From Kiritimatiella glycovorans (GTDB taxonomy: Bacteria; Verrucomicrobiota; Kiritimatiellia; Kiritimatiellales; Kiritimatiellaceae): 32,000 nt of DNA. Shown here one piece after another: positions 1 through 9,074 of the stretch. The stretch covers positions 2,550,001-2,582,000 of the forward strand of contig NZ_CP010904.1 in assembly GCF_001017655.1 (NCBI RefSeq). Direction: 5' to 3'. The notes beneath the pieces are model-generated. The model worked only from the letters and a program-made list of their open reading frames with translations. It searched no databases and was not told where the DNA came from. Both the position numbers and the translations under genes were made by a program. Each line of letters begins with the position of its first letter. The stretch's first letter is position 1.

Positions 1-2
1 CC

Positions 3-1652
3 GCCGCGGCGCCCCGCTATATCGAGTGCCGGCTGACCGAGCTGGCGCGCGCGGAGGTCTTCAACCCGGACCTGACCGAATTTGTGCCGAGTTACGACGG
101 ACGCAAACAGGAACCGGTCACGCTGCCGGCCAAAGTCCCGCTGCTGCTGATGCTCGGCGCGGAGGGCATCGCGGTGGGCCTCTCCACCCGCATTCCGTCG
201 CACAATTTCATCGAGCTGCTCGAGGCCCAGATCGAAATCCTCAACGAGAAGAAATCGTCCCCCGCCGCAATTCGCCTCCTGCCCGATTTTCAGTCGGGCG
301 GCCTGATGGACGCCTCGGAATACGAAAAGGGGCGCGGCAAACTCAAGCTGCGGGCACGCATCGAAAAACGCGGCAAGGGACGTCTGGCGGTCACGGAACT
401 GCCGGCGGGCCAGACCACCGAATCGCTGATCTCCTCCATCGAAGACGGCGTGAAAAAGAAAAAGGTCCCCGTCCGCAGCATCAGCGACTACACCTCGGAG
501 AAGATCGAGGTAGAGCTGGTGCTGAACCAGGGCGCGGACCAGGACCGCGCGATCAAGGCGCTGTACGCGTTCACTCACGCGGAGGTCTCGCTCTCGTGCC
601 GCCCGGTGGTGATCCATCACCGGCGACCGCGCGAAATGGATACGGAGGAGATTCTCCGGGAGAACACGTCCCGCACGCTTGACCTGCTCAAACAGGAACT
701 CGAGCTGCGGCGGCATAAACTGACCGAGGAGATCCACGCCAAAACCCTCGCCCAGATCTTCATCGAAAACCGCCTCTACAAGAAGATCGAGGAGTGCACA
801 ACCTGGGACGCGGTACGCAAGGCGGTGTTCAAGGGGCTCACGCCGTTCCGCGACCGGCTCACGCGCGACGTGACGGACGAGGACGTCGACATGCTGCTGG
901 CGATCCGCATCCGGCGCATCTCGCGGTTCGATATTGAAAAGAACCAGCAGGACATCGAGAAGCTGGCGAAGGAGCTGGCGGAGGTCGAAAAGAACCTCCG
1001 CAACCTCAAGGCCTACGCCGTCCGCTATATCAAGGCCCTGATCAAGAAGTACCGGACCCGCTTCCCCCGCCGTGCGGAGGAGACGACGTTCCAGGAGATC
1101 GAGGTGCGCAAACTTACCTCGCGCGAACTGAAGATCCATCTCGACACGGAAAAGGGGTATCTCGGCAGCCAGGTCAAGGGGGACCCCGTGCTGGAATGTT
1201 CGTCGCTCGACAAACTGATGATTTTCTTCGGCGACGGCCGCTACCGGGTGATGCCGCCTCCGGACACGCTGTTCGTCGACGACCAGCTCTCCTACTGCGG
1301 CAAGTACGATCGCGAGGCCGTCTTCACTGCGGTGTATACCGAGGAGGACAACACGTACGTGAAGCGCTTTGCCGTCGGAGGCGCGATCATGAACCGCGAC
1401 TACCGGTTTGCCCCGGAAGGCGCGAAGGTCATCCTGTTCGAGCCGGGCGAGCCGGACAGGATCTACGTAAAGTACCGCAAACGGAAGAAACAGCGGATCA
1501 ACCAGCAGGCCTTCGATCTGACCGGGCTCGACCGCAAGGGCGCCCGGGCACGCGGCAAGCGGATGACGACCAAACCCGTCGACCGCATCGCCACCGAACC
1601 GGGCCGCTGGTGGAAGACGGACGAGGATTCGCCCGACGGGGTGCTGCTTTAG
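3..1652 (+). CDS. parC: DNA topoisomerase IV subunit A / GyrA-ParC family, 3' portion (5' end lies upstream of the window)
   Basis: The reading frame is open from base 3 (AAAPRYIECRLTELAREVF...), so the GTG at 84 is not the real start. The RY(I/T)E.RL motif is followed by a long C-terminal region (...FFGDGRYRVMP...YVKRFAVGG...) typical of ParC-type A subunits. Stop at 1650-1652. Confidence 0.8.
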   Translation, partial: AAAPRYIECRLTELARAEVFNPDLTEFVPSYDGRKQEPVTLPAKVPLLLMLGAEGIAVGLSTRIPSHNFIELLEAQIEILNEKKSSPAAIRLLPDFQSGGLMDASEYEKGRGKLKLRARIEKRGKGRLAVTELPAGQTTESLISSIEDGVKKKKVPVRSISDYTSEKIEVELVLNQGADQDRAIKALYAFTHAEVSLSCRPVVIHHRRPREMDTEEILRENTSRTLDLLKQELELRRHKLTEEIHAKTLAQIFIENRLYKKIEECTTWDAVRKAVFKGLTPFRDRLTRDVTDEDVDMLLAIRIRRISRFDIEKNQQDIEKLAKELAEVEKNLRNLKAYAVRYIKALIKKYRTRFPRRAEETTFQEIEVRKLTSRELKIHLDTEKGYLGSQVKGDPVLECSSLDKLMIFFGDGRYRVMPPPDTLFVDDQLSYCGKYDREAVFTAVYTEEDNTYVKRFAVGGAIMNRDYRFAPEGAKVILFEPGEPDRIYVKYRKRKKQRINQQAFDLTGLDRKGARARGKRMTTKPVDRIATEPGRWWKTDEDSPDGVLL

Positions 1653-1658
1653 CCGGAG

Positions 1659-2351
1659 CTATTCGTCGCCGCCCAGCAGGCCGGTGCGCACGAGGAAGTA
1701 GAGCAGTGTCATGATCGCCGAGACCGCGGCGGCGAGGTAGGTGAGGAACGCGGCGTTGAGCACCCGCCCCGACTGATCGCGTTCGGAGGGCGAGACGACA
1801 CCGGCGGCCACCATCTGCTGTTTCGCGCGCGCGGTGGCGTCCCATTCGACGGGCAGGGTGATCAGCGAGAACAGCACCGTCACCGCGAACAGGACGATGC
1901 CGATTTTGGCCATCGACATCGCTCCGAAGAAGATGCCGATCAGGATGAAGATATAGGCGGCGTTACTGCTGAGCTGGGTCATCGGCACCATGGCCGTGCG
2001 GAACTGCAGCGGCGCGTAGTGGGCGGCGTGCTGCAGGGCGTGTCCGGCTTCATGACAGGCCACGCCGACGGCGGAGAGCGAGTCGGAATCGGCGACGTCC
2101 GGCGAGAGGTTGAGCGTGCGGTTGGCGGGGTTGTAGTGATCGCTGAGAAAACCGCGCGTGCGGCGTATCTCCACCTGGTTCAGCCCCCGCGCGTCCAGCA
2201 TCCGCCTCGCGGCCTCGGCGCCGGTCATGCCGCTCGAAGACCGAACCCGGCTGTATTTCTTGAACGTGTGCTGCGTCTTGAACTGCGCGAATCCGGCCAG
2301 GGCCAGGGCCGGCAGCAGAAACAGCATGTACAGCGGATCGAAGAAAAACAT
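1659..2351 (-). CDS. Membrane zinc metallopeptidase, YugP / Zn_peptidase_2 family
   Basis: 230 aa with an N-terminal TM segment, an HEAGHALQH zinc-binding motif and two C-terminal TM segments. AAGGGAGGG Shine-Dalgarno about 8 nt upstream of the ATG at 2351. Converges on parC with a 6-bp gap. Confidence 0.85.
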   Translation of the reverse strand: MFFFDPLYMLFLLPALALAGFAQFKTQHTFKKYSRVRSSSGMTGAEAARRMLDARGLNQVEIRRTRGFLSDHYNPANRTLNLSPDVADSDSLSAVGVACHEAGHALQHAAHYAPLQFRTAMVPMTQLSSNAAYIFILIGIFFGAMSMAKIGIVLFAVTVLFSLITLPVEWDATARAKQQMVAAGVVSPSERDQSGRVLNAAFLTYLAAAVSAIMTLLYFLVRTGLLGGDE

Positions 2352-2377
2352 CGTGCACCCTCCCTTTGGTCCGACGC

Positions 2378-2407
2378 ATTAGACCCGTTGCGGGAGGGGG
2401 TGTTCAA
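2378..2407 (-). promoter_or_regulatory. Candidate promoter of the Zn-peptidase gene (TTGAAC-N18-TCTAAT), copy 1 of a shared 31-mer
   Basis: The minus strand reads TTGAACACCCCCTCCCGCAACGGGTCTAATG. It lies in the 77-bp gap after the URO-D-like gene, about 25 nt upstream of the ATG. It is identical at 26 of 31 positions to the sequence upstream of grpE (10965-10995). Confidence 0.45.
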
Positions 2408-2428
2408 GTCAAAGCCGCGCGGCGGGAT

Positions 2429-3577
2429 CTAATACGCCCCTCCGTCCCGCGCAGCCCGGTAGAGGGCCACGATATTCTCCGGCGGGACGCCGCCCTGTAT
2501 ATTATGCACGTTGTTGAAGACGAAGCCGCCGCCGGGCTTGAAGATGTCCACGTTATGGCGGACGTGTTCGTAGACGTCTTCGGAAGAGGCGACGGGCAGC
2601 ACGTGCTGCGAATCACAGGCTCCTCCCCAGAACGTGATGCGGTCGCCCCACTCTCTCTTGAGCTTTTCGGGGTCCATGCCGCGCGCGCTGATCTGGACCG
2701 GGTTGAGCGCCTGGACGCCGTTTTCGATCAGGTCGGGAATGTACTCCCGGCAGTCGCCGCAGGTGTGATACCACAGCTTCGCCGAAGCGTGTTCCCGGAT
2801 GTACCGCGCCACCTTCTGCTGACGCGGCTTCACGATGCTGCGATAGATCTTCGGGTCGAAGAGCGGACCCGACTGGCCGGCCAGGTCGTCGCCGATCATG
2901 ATCACGTCCACCACGTCGCCGACCTCGTCGCAGAACACGCGGAAGAAATCCATCCAGAAGTCACAGACCCGGTCGATCACCGCCTCGCAGAACTCCGGCT
3001 CGGTCATCAGGTCGCAGAACCACTGCTCGAGCCCGCGCAGATACCAGCACGTCTCGTACACCACGCCGGAGATGCCGCTCACCACGGCATACGGGGTCTC
3101 GTTGCGCAGCGTCAGTGCGCGCTCGCGAAGTCCCTCGAACCGGCCCGGGTCGTCGCCTTTCGGGAAAGGATAATCGCGGACGTCGTCGAGGGTGGCCTCC
3201 GCGAGAGGATGATGCGTGATGTCCATGTAACGCGGCGCGTCGTCGGGCATGGACCAGCGCACCCCGAACTCGTCCACGAGATCGTGCCACACCTTGCCGT
3301 CGCGCTCATTGCGTTCGATGGTTCCGTCGAAGTCGGAGGCCGCGCCGGCGGCGATGTAGCGGGTGTCGACCTGAAACTCCTGCAACAGTTCCTCGCAGGG
3401 CCGCGCAAGCTGCTGCACCGGATCCATGATCGTAACCTCGTCGTCGATCCCGAGGTGCTCGATCAGATCGCGGTACGCGTCCTTGTGAATCCCGGTCTGG
3501 TTGCCGCCCAGATCGATCGGCACGCGGTCCGGTTCCTCGTGATTCAGCGCCGTGAGCACCCTCTCTCTCGATGTCAT
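2429..3577 (-). CDS. Uroporphyrinogen decarboxylase (URO-D) family protein (MtaA/CmuA-like fold; substrate unknown)
   Basis: 382 aa. The N-terminus MTSRERVLTALNHEEPDRVPIDLGG and the overall length are typical of URO-D-family proteins. Lies 33 bp downstream of rhaM on the same strand. Confidence 0.75.
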   Translation of the reverse strand: MTSRERVLTALNHEEPDRVPIDLGGNQTGIHKDAYRDLIEHLGIDDEVTIMDPVQQLARPCEELLQEFQVDTRYIAAGAASDFDGTIERNERDGKVWHDLVDEFGVRWSMPDDAPRYMDITHHPLAEATLDDVRDYPFPKGDDPGRFEGLRERALTLRNETPYAVVSGISGVVYETCWYLRGLEQWFCDLMTEPEFCEAVIDRVCDFWMDFFRVFCDEVGDVVDVIMIGDDLAGQSGPLFDPKIYRSIVKPRQQKVARYIREHASAKLWYHTCGDCREYIPDLIENGVQALNPVQISARGMDPEKLKREWGDRITFWGGACDSQHVLPVASSEDVYEHVRHNVDIFKPGGGFVFNNVHNIQGGVPPENIVALYRAARDGGAY

Positions 3578-3610
3578 CCCATCCCCCTCGAGTATGAATT
3601 CCGTCCGTCT

Positions 3611-3925
3611 TCAGTCCATATGAAACATTTCGCGCAGCGGGGTCACGACCGGCGCGTTGTCCGGCTCGGTTTCCATCAGGTCGGCCATCATGTCCCACCA
3701 CTTGCGCACGACCTCCTTCTGCGGGAGATCATCGGCCGTATGATCGTCGGAGAGTTTCTGAAAGGCGAAGAGCGTCAGCGTCTCCTCGTCCAGAAAAATA
3801 CTGTAATCGGAGATCCCGGCCCGCCGGATCTCGGCTTCCAGTTCCGGCCAGATCTCGTCATGGCGCTTCTTGTACTCTGCCTCGCATCCCGGCTTCAGTT
3901 TCATTTTGAAAGCATTGCGCTGCAT
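3611..3925 (-). CDS. rhaM: L-rhamnose mutarotase
   Basis: 104 aa. [37 protein letters not shown]... matches the RhaM family in size and pattern. GAAAGGAG Shine-Dalgarno 7 nt upstream of the ATG. Confidence 0.85.
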   Translation of the reverse strand: MQRNAFKMKLKPGCEAEYKKRHDEIWPELEAEIRRAGISDYSIFLDEETLTLFAFQKLSDDHTADDLPQKEVVRKWWDMMADLMETEPDNAPVVTPLREMFHMD

Positions 3926-4017
3926 CTCGTGCTCCTTTCGATGGTTGTGTTATATCTCCCGTATCGCCCGAATGAAATGGACACCATGGCCTGACTTTTG
4001 CACATTCTGACCGGGAC

Positions 4018-4896
4018 ATGAACGCAGAAACCACACCGAATCCGGCGGCTGCTCCGCACGACCGCTTTATGGCGCGTTGGCGCGAAGAACTGGAGCGTTC
4101 CCTCGAACACCTCGCTCCCGCGGAGGACGTCCGCCCCGGACGCCTGCACCGGGCGATGCGCCACGCCCTTTTTCCCGGCGGAAAGCGCCTCCGTCCGATG
4201 CTCTGCCTCGCGGCCGCGGAGCTCTACGGCGAAGTCGGCGGGACCGCGCTCCACGCCGCCTGCGCGCTTGAATTCTTTCACACCTACACGCTGGTGCACG
4301 ACGATCTTCCCTGCATGGACGACGACGATACGCGCCGGGGGCGGCCGACGGTCCATCGCGCCTTTGACCCCGCGCTGGCGGTGCTCGCGGGAGACGCGCT
4401 GCAGACCCTGTCCTTCGAAGTCCTCGCCGGCTGCGCGCCGCAGGACCCCTGCGGACCGGGCCGGCTCGTCGCTGAACTCGCCTCCGCGGGCGGGAGCCGC
4501 GGCGTGGCCGGGGGACAGGCCGGGGATCTGGCCGCCGCGGAGACCCCGCCGGACGCGGAGCAGCTCGACTACATCCACCTGCACAAGACCGCGGCCCTGA
4601 TCCGCGCGGCGGTCCGCATCGGAGCCATGTGCGGAGGGGCCCGTGCCGACGATCTCGAGGCGCTCTCCGAATACGGATGCGAACTCGGACTTGCATTCCA
4701 GATCATAGACGACCTGCTCGACACGAAGCGCGACGGCGAACAGGCGGATTACGTCAAGGTGCACGGAAAGGCGGAGGCGCGCGAGGCCGCCGAGGCCCGC
4801 ACCGCCGCGGCGCTCGCCGCCCTGGGCCGGATCCGTCACCGCGACACCGCCGTCCTGCACTCCTTCGCGGAAGAAATGCTGAAGCGGAACGTCTAG
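4018..4896 (+). CDS. ispA: Polyprenyl diphosphate synthase (FPP/GGPP synthase type)
   Basis: 292 aa. First Asp-rich motif LVHDDLPCMDDDDTRRG and second motif FQIIDDLLD. Confidence 0.9.
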   Translation: MNAETTPNPAAAPHDRFMARWREELERSLEHLAPAEDVRPGRLHRAMRHALFPGGKRLRPMLCLAAAELYGEVGGTALHAACALEFFHTYTLVHDDLPCMDDDDTRRGRPTVHRAFDPALAVLAGDALQTLSFEVLAGCAPQDPCGPGRLVAELASAGGSRGVAGGQAGDLAAAETPPDAEQLDYIHLHKTAALIRAAVRIGAMCGGARADDLEALSEYGCELGLAFQIIDDLLDTKRDGEQADYVKVHGKAEAREAAEARTAAALAALGRIRHRDTAVLHSFAEEMLKRNV

Positions 4897-5284
4897 CGTT
4901 CGGGTCTCAGGTCTCAGCCCTCCCACTCAACCCCTGATCCCCTCTTACTCAGGTTTCAGGTTTCAGCCCTCCCACTCAATATCCAATCCCCTCTTACTCA
5001 GGTTTCAGGTTTCAGCCCTCCCACTCAACCCCTGATCCCCTCTTACTCAGGTTTCAGGTTTCAGCCCTCCCACTCAACCCCTGATCCCCTCTTACTCAGG
5101 TTTCAGGTTTCAGCCCTCCCACTCAACCCCTGATCCCCTCTTACTCAGGTTTCAGGTTTCAGCCCTCCCACTCAACCCCTGATCCCCTCTTACTCAGGTT
5201 TCAGGTTTCAGCCCTCCCACTCAACCCCTGATCCCCTCTTACTCAGGTCTCAGGTTTCAGCCCTCCCACTCAATATCCAATCCC
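4893..5284. repeat. Tandem array of 8 x 49 bp (consensus CTCTTACTCAGGTTTCAGGTTTCAGCCCTCCCACTCAACCCCTGATCCC)
   Basis: Unit starts at 4893, 4942, 4991, 5040, 5089, 5138, 5187 and 5236. Units 3-7 are identical, and units 1, 2 and 8 are variants. The array spans from the ispA stop to 4 nt before the lpxB stop. Confidence 0.95.
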
Positions 5285-5288
5285 CTCT

Positions 5289-6428
5289 TCATCTGCCCAC
5301 GTCCCGGATGATCAGCCGTGCGACGTTTTCTTCGGGCAGCGAGGCGGTGTCGAGCACCGTCCAGATCTCCCTGAAGATCGCGCGCATGGTGCCGCGCAGG
5401 TCGTCATCGTCGAGCAGTCGTTCGACCGCCTCGGACAGTCGGCCGGGGGTGGCCTTTTTCTGGATGAATTCGGGACACACCTCGCGGCCTGCGACCAGGT
5501 TGACGATACCGAGATAGGGCACGCGGATGAGCATCCGGCCGAGCAGGTAATTGAGCCAGTGGGTCTTGTAGACGACGGCGGTCGGGCACTCGAACAGGGC
5601 GCTCTCGAGCGTCGCCGTACCGGACGCCACGAGGGCCGCGTCGGCCTGGCGCAGCACCTCGCGGGTCGAGCCGGCCACGAGTTCGGCGCCGCGCACCGCC
5701 CCTCCCAGCGCGTCCCAGATCTGCTGCGCGGTCTCCTGCTGCCACCGGGGCACGGAGATCAGGAATCCCGTTTCGGGGCGGCGACGGCGGAGCTGCAGCA
5801 CGGTCTGACGAAACACCGGCAGCAGGTAGCGCAGCTCCTGCCGGCGGCTTCCCGGCAGGAGCGCGATTCTTCGCTCGCCGGGCCACGGCATCGGAACCGG
5901 ACGGCTCTGCCGGTGTTCGCAGATCTCCTCGACGAACGGGTGCCCGACGAAATCCACATTCAGGCTCGTTCCGCGAAACACGTCGGGTTCGAAAGGGAAG
6001 ATGACCATCAGCCGGTCGATCGCTTCAGCCATCCGGCCGATACGTCCGCGATTCCAGGCCCAGACCTGGGGGGAGATGTAGTAAAAGACCTTCACGCCGC
6101 GGCGTTTGAGCTGCCGCGCGAGGCGCAGGTTGAAGCCGGGGTAGTCGACCAGCAGGGCGGCCTCCGGCCGGCGGGCCTCGACCTCGTCGAGTACGTGCCG
6201 GAAGACCCGGCGAAAGAAGGAGAGTCGTTCCAGCACCTCCGAGATCCCCAGCACCGCCATGTCGGAGACGTCGTAGAGACACTCCATCCCTTCGGCGCGG
6301 CACGATTCACCGCCGACCCCCCAGAGCGTCCAGTCCGCACCGCGCCGCCGGAGGGCCTTGAGCACCCGTCCGACGTGCATATCGCCCGACTCTTCGCCGG
6401 TCACTACCAGCAGGTTATCCTCGGCCAC
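5289..6428 (-). CDS. lpxB: Lipid-A-disaccharide synthase
   Basis: 379 aa. N-terminal VVTGEESGDMHVGRVLKAL and the hallmark SPQVWAWNRGRI motif. Confidence 0.9.
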   Translation of the reverse strand: MAEDNLLVVTGEESGDMHVGRVLKALRRRGADWTLWGVGGESCRAEGMECLYDVSDMAVLGISEVLERLSFFRRVFRHVLDEVEARRPEAALLVDYPGFNLRLARQLKRRGVKVFYYISPQVWAWNRGRIGRMAEAIDRLMVIFPFEPDVFRGTSLNVDFVGHPFVEEICEHRQSRPVPMPWPGERRIALLPGSRRQELRYLLPVFRQTVLQLRRRRPETGFLISVPRWQQETAQQIWDALGGAVRGAELVAGSTREVLRQADAALVASGTATLESALFECPTAVVYKTHWLNYLLGRMLIRVPYLGIVNLVAGREVCPEFIQKKATPGRLSEAVERLLDDDDLRGTMRAIFREIWTVLDTASLPEENVARLIIRDVGR

Positions 6429-7404
6429 GATCAGGGCTCTCCGTTTGGGCGCGTGACATCTCCGTCCGCTGTCCGCTTTCGATCACCCGCACCGCCAGCT
6501 TCAACGCCTCGTAGGCCTCCTCCCCGCTCACCTGCGGGCGGCCGCGCGCGGCGACGCATGCGGTGAAGGCGCGCAGTTCCCGCGTCAGCTGGTCGCCCTT
6601 TTCGACGGGAACGGACTCGCGCTCGATCCGACCTTCCCCGCGGCGGTAGATCTCGCCTGCCTGCTTCTTATAATCGAGCGAAATATAACTGTCGGACGTA
6701 AAGACACGGATTTTACGCATCTGCTCCGGACTGATGCGGCTCGAGGTGACATTGGCAACGCAACCGTTTTCAAATTCCAGCCGGGCGTTGGAGATGTCCT
6801 CGGTGGGACTCAGCACCGGAACCCCCACGGCGCGCAGATCGGAGAGCGGAGAGCGGACGAGGTGCAGGATGACCTCCAGGTCGTGGATCATCAGGTCGAG
6901 CACCACGCTCACCTCCGTCCCGCGCGGCACGGCGCCCTCGCGCGCGGGGGGATACGGCGCGAGTCGATGGGCTTCGATGAACCGCGGCGGGGTCTCGGCG
7001 AGCTGCTGTTCGAGATATCCGAGCACCGGGTTGAAGCGTTCGATGTGGCCGACCTGCAGCATGACGCCGTGCTGCTGGGAGAGGCGCACGAGTTCCCGGG
7101 CCTCCGAGGTGGAGGCCGCGATCGGCTTCTCCACCAGCACATGGCACCCCTGTTCGATCAGGCGTCCGGCCACCTGCCGGTGAAGGTCCGTGGGCACGGC
7201 CACGCTGACGGCATCGCAGGCCTCCGCCAGCCCGTCCACTCCGTCCAGAACCTGAGTGCCCAGTTTCTCCGCCATGGCCGCGGCCCTTTCGCGGTCGGCG
7301 TCGCAGATTCCGACCAGCTCGGCCTCGTCCATTTCGGAATAGATCCGGGCGTGATGGCGTCCCAGGCTCCCCACACCGATCACACCCACCCGCACCTTAT
7401 CCAT
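6415..7404 (-). CDS. Gfo/Idh/MocA family NAD(P)-dependent oxidoreductase
   Basis: 329 aa. N-terminal Rossmann motif VGVIGVGSLGRHHARIY and an EKP motif (LVEKPIA). Overlaps the lpxB start by 14 nt. Confidence 0.85.
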   Translation of the reverse strand: MDKVRVGVIGVGSLGRHHARIYSEMDEAELVGICDADRERAAAMAEKLGTQVLDGVDGLAEACDAVSVAVPTDLHRQVAGRLIEQGCHVLVEKPIAASTSEARELVRLSQQHGVMLQVGHIERFNPVLGYLEQQLAETPPRFIEAHRLAPYPPAREGAVPRGTEVSVVLDLMIHDLEVILHLVRSPLSDLRAVGVPVLSPTEDISNARLEFENGCVANVTSSRISPEQMRKIRVFTSDSYISLDYKKQAGEIYRRGEGRIERESVPVEKGDQLTRELRAFTACVAARGRPQVSGEEAYEALKLAVRVIESGQRTEMSRAQTESPDRGRG

Positions 7405-7464
7405 GGTCCCTCCCGCATCCGCGATTCAATCCGCATCCCCGTTTCAGACTCCCGCGCCGGAACC

Positions 7465-8307
7465 TCAGCGAACCACGATCGCCAGACCGGCCCTGTCGGC
7501 TTCGGCGCACACTTTTTCCTTCTCCAGCATAATCGCGCGGCCGGCCTCGAGGGCCACCGCCCCGGCCCGTATCCTGCGGAGCACGCGAATGGTCCGCACG
7601 CCGAGCACCGGGATATCGAACCGCATATCGTGGCCCGGCTTGGCGCGTTTGATCATGACCGCGCCCCGCCCGCCCAGTCTGCCCGCGCGCCGGAGCGTAC
7701 GGTTCGTGCCCTCGAACGCCTCGACGGCGAGGATTGTCCCGTCCTTTACGACCACGGTCTGCCCGATGTCCAGCTCGCCGATCCGGCCGGCCGCCTCCCA
7801 TCCCAGCTCGATATCGCGGGCTTCCCGTTCCCCGGGCGCGCGGCGGGTCAGCGTACCCCGCCCGGCGAGGTGCGCTTCCATGTAGCGGGCGGCCGGTTCG
7901 ACCTCGATGCCCGCGGCGCGCAGCTCTTCGACGACCGCACCGAAGATCGTATGGGCGTTCCAGGCCGGGAGCCTTTGAAGCAGCTCGCGGGCCCGGCGGT
8001 CCATGCGCACGCGGAAGAGGTTGCGGGGCGCGATCTGTCCGGCCATCACGGCGCGTTTCACCCCGCTGGACCGGAGGGCTTCCAGCAGGGCTTCCAGTTC
8101 GCCCACGCGCAGCCAGACGGTCTCGTCGGCTGAGCGTTCGATGCGACGCGGCGTCTCTCCCCGGAAGGCCATGACGACGATGCGCGGCACGCCCTGTCTG
8201 CGTGCCGACTCCGCCAGCAGCAACGGATAGGCGCCCCTGCCCGCGATCACGGCCAGCGGAGATTCCTCGGGATGCCCCTCAGCGCTCATGGCCGAACCAT
8301 GCCACAC
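7465..8307 (-). CDS. lpxI: UDP-2,3-diacylglucosamine pyrophosphatase LpxI (DUF1009)
   Basis: LAVIAGRGAYPLLLAE near the N-terminus. The C-terminal block IGELDIGQTVVVKDGTILAVEAFEGTNRTLRRAG...DIPVLGVRTI is as in characterised LpxI. The start is uncertain: GTG at 8307 or ATG at 8289. Confidence 0.85.
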   Translation of the reverse strand: MWHGSAMSAEGHPEESPLAVIAGRGAYPLLLAESARRQGVPRIVVMAFRGETPRRIERSADETVWLRVGELEALLEALRSSGVKRAVMAGQIAPRNLFRVRMDRRARELLQRLPAWNAHTIFGAVVEELRAAGIEVEPAARYMEAHLAGRGTLTRRAPGEREARDIELGWEAAGRIGELDIGQTVVVKDGTILAVEAFEGTNRTLRRAGRLGGRGAVMIKRAKPGHDMRFDIPVLGVRTIRVLRRIRAGAVALEAGRAIMLEKEKVCAEADRAGLAIVVR

Positions 8308-8328
8308 CCGCGGGTGTTATTTGAACTG

Positions 8329-9072
8329 CTAACCGTGAAGGAATTCATAGGCGAGGACGCTGAGACCGAAAAGCGCGGCGGTCTCCGTGCGCAGGATGCG
8401 ATCGCCGAAACAGACCGGGACCGCCCCTGCTTCGATCGCGGCGCGGACTTCCTCGCCGGTGAAATCACCCTCCGGGCCGATCATCAGTCCGACGGACTCC
8501 GGCGCCGGACTCTCGCGCAGGACTTCCCTGAGGGGGCGGCGCTCCTCCTCCAGCGCCCCGATCAGCAGCCGGTCCTCGCCGCGCGCGGATTCGAGCGCCG
8601 ACTCGAATCCCGCCGGCTCGGCGACGTCCGTCAGCCTGCACGCCCCGCACTGTTCCGCCGCGTTGCGCACGATGGTGCGCCAGCGGCCGGTCTTCCGCCG
8701 GCGCTGTTCCGGTTTGAGGCGCGCCACGGAGCGGCGCGCCTCGAAGGGCACGACCCGCGCCGTTCCGAGTTCGACCGCTTTCTGCAGGACGAGTTCCAGG
8801 GCGGCGCCTTTCGGCAGGGCCAGGTAGAGCGTGATGCGCGTGGCGGGCGGCGGCACGGTCCAGCGTTCGCCCACCCGGAGGACCACCGAAGATCCGGAAC
8901 TCTCGATCACTTCCGCCTTCGCGGCGCGGCCCCCGCCGTCGAACACCGTCACCCGTGTGCCCGGTCGAACGCGAAGCACGGTCGACAGATGATGCGCGGC
9001 GCGGTCCGGCAGGGTGCAGCGCTCCTTTTCCCACTCCGCGGGTTCGGCGAAGCAGTGAATACGCATGGGCAC
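8329..9072 (-). CDS. rsmE: 16S rRNA (uracil1498-N3)-methyltransferase
   Basis: 247 aa. PUA-like N-terminus (HHLSTVLRVRPGTRVTVFDG) and the C-terminal SPOUT signature MIGPEGDFTGEE. Starts 2 nt after the dnaJ stop. Confidence 0.85.
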   Translation of the reverse strand: MPMRIHCFAEPAEWEKERCTLPDRAAHHLSTVLRVRPGTRVTVFDGGGRAAKAEVIESSGSSVVLRVGERWTVPPPATRITLYLALPKGAALELVLQKAVELGTARVVPFEARRSVARLKPEQRRRKTGRWRTIVRNAAEQCGACRLTDVAEPAGFESALESARGEDRLLIGALEEERRPLREVLRESPAPESVGLMIGPEGDFTGEEVRAAIEAGAVPVCFGDRILRTETAALFGLSVLAYEFLHG

Positions 9073-9074
9073 GG

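Noticed and set aside
2366-3994. 542-aa plus-strand ORF
   Set aside because: It lies exactly antisense to the URO-D-like and rhaM genes, which have clear family motifs. Its translation is Arg/Ala/Val/His-rich with no motif. It is a typical shadow ORF of a GC-rich genome.
4893-5284. CRISPR array
   Set aside because: The units are directly abutting with no unique spacers, and no cas genes or leader are nearby. It is a tandem repeat, not a CRISPR array.
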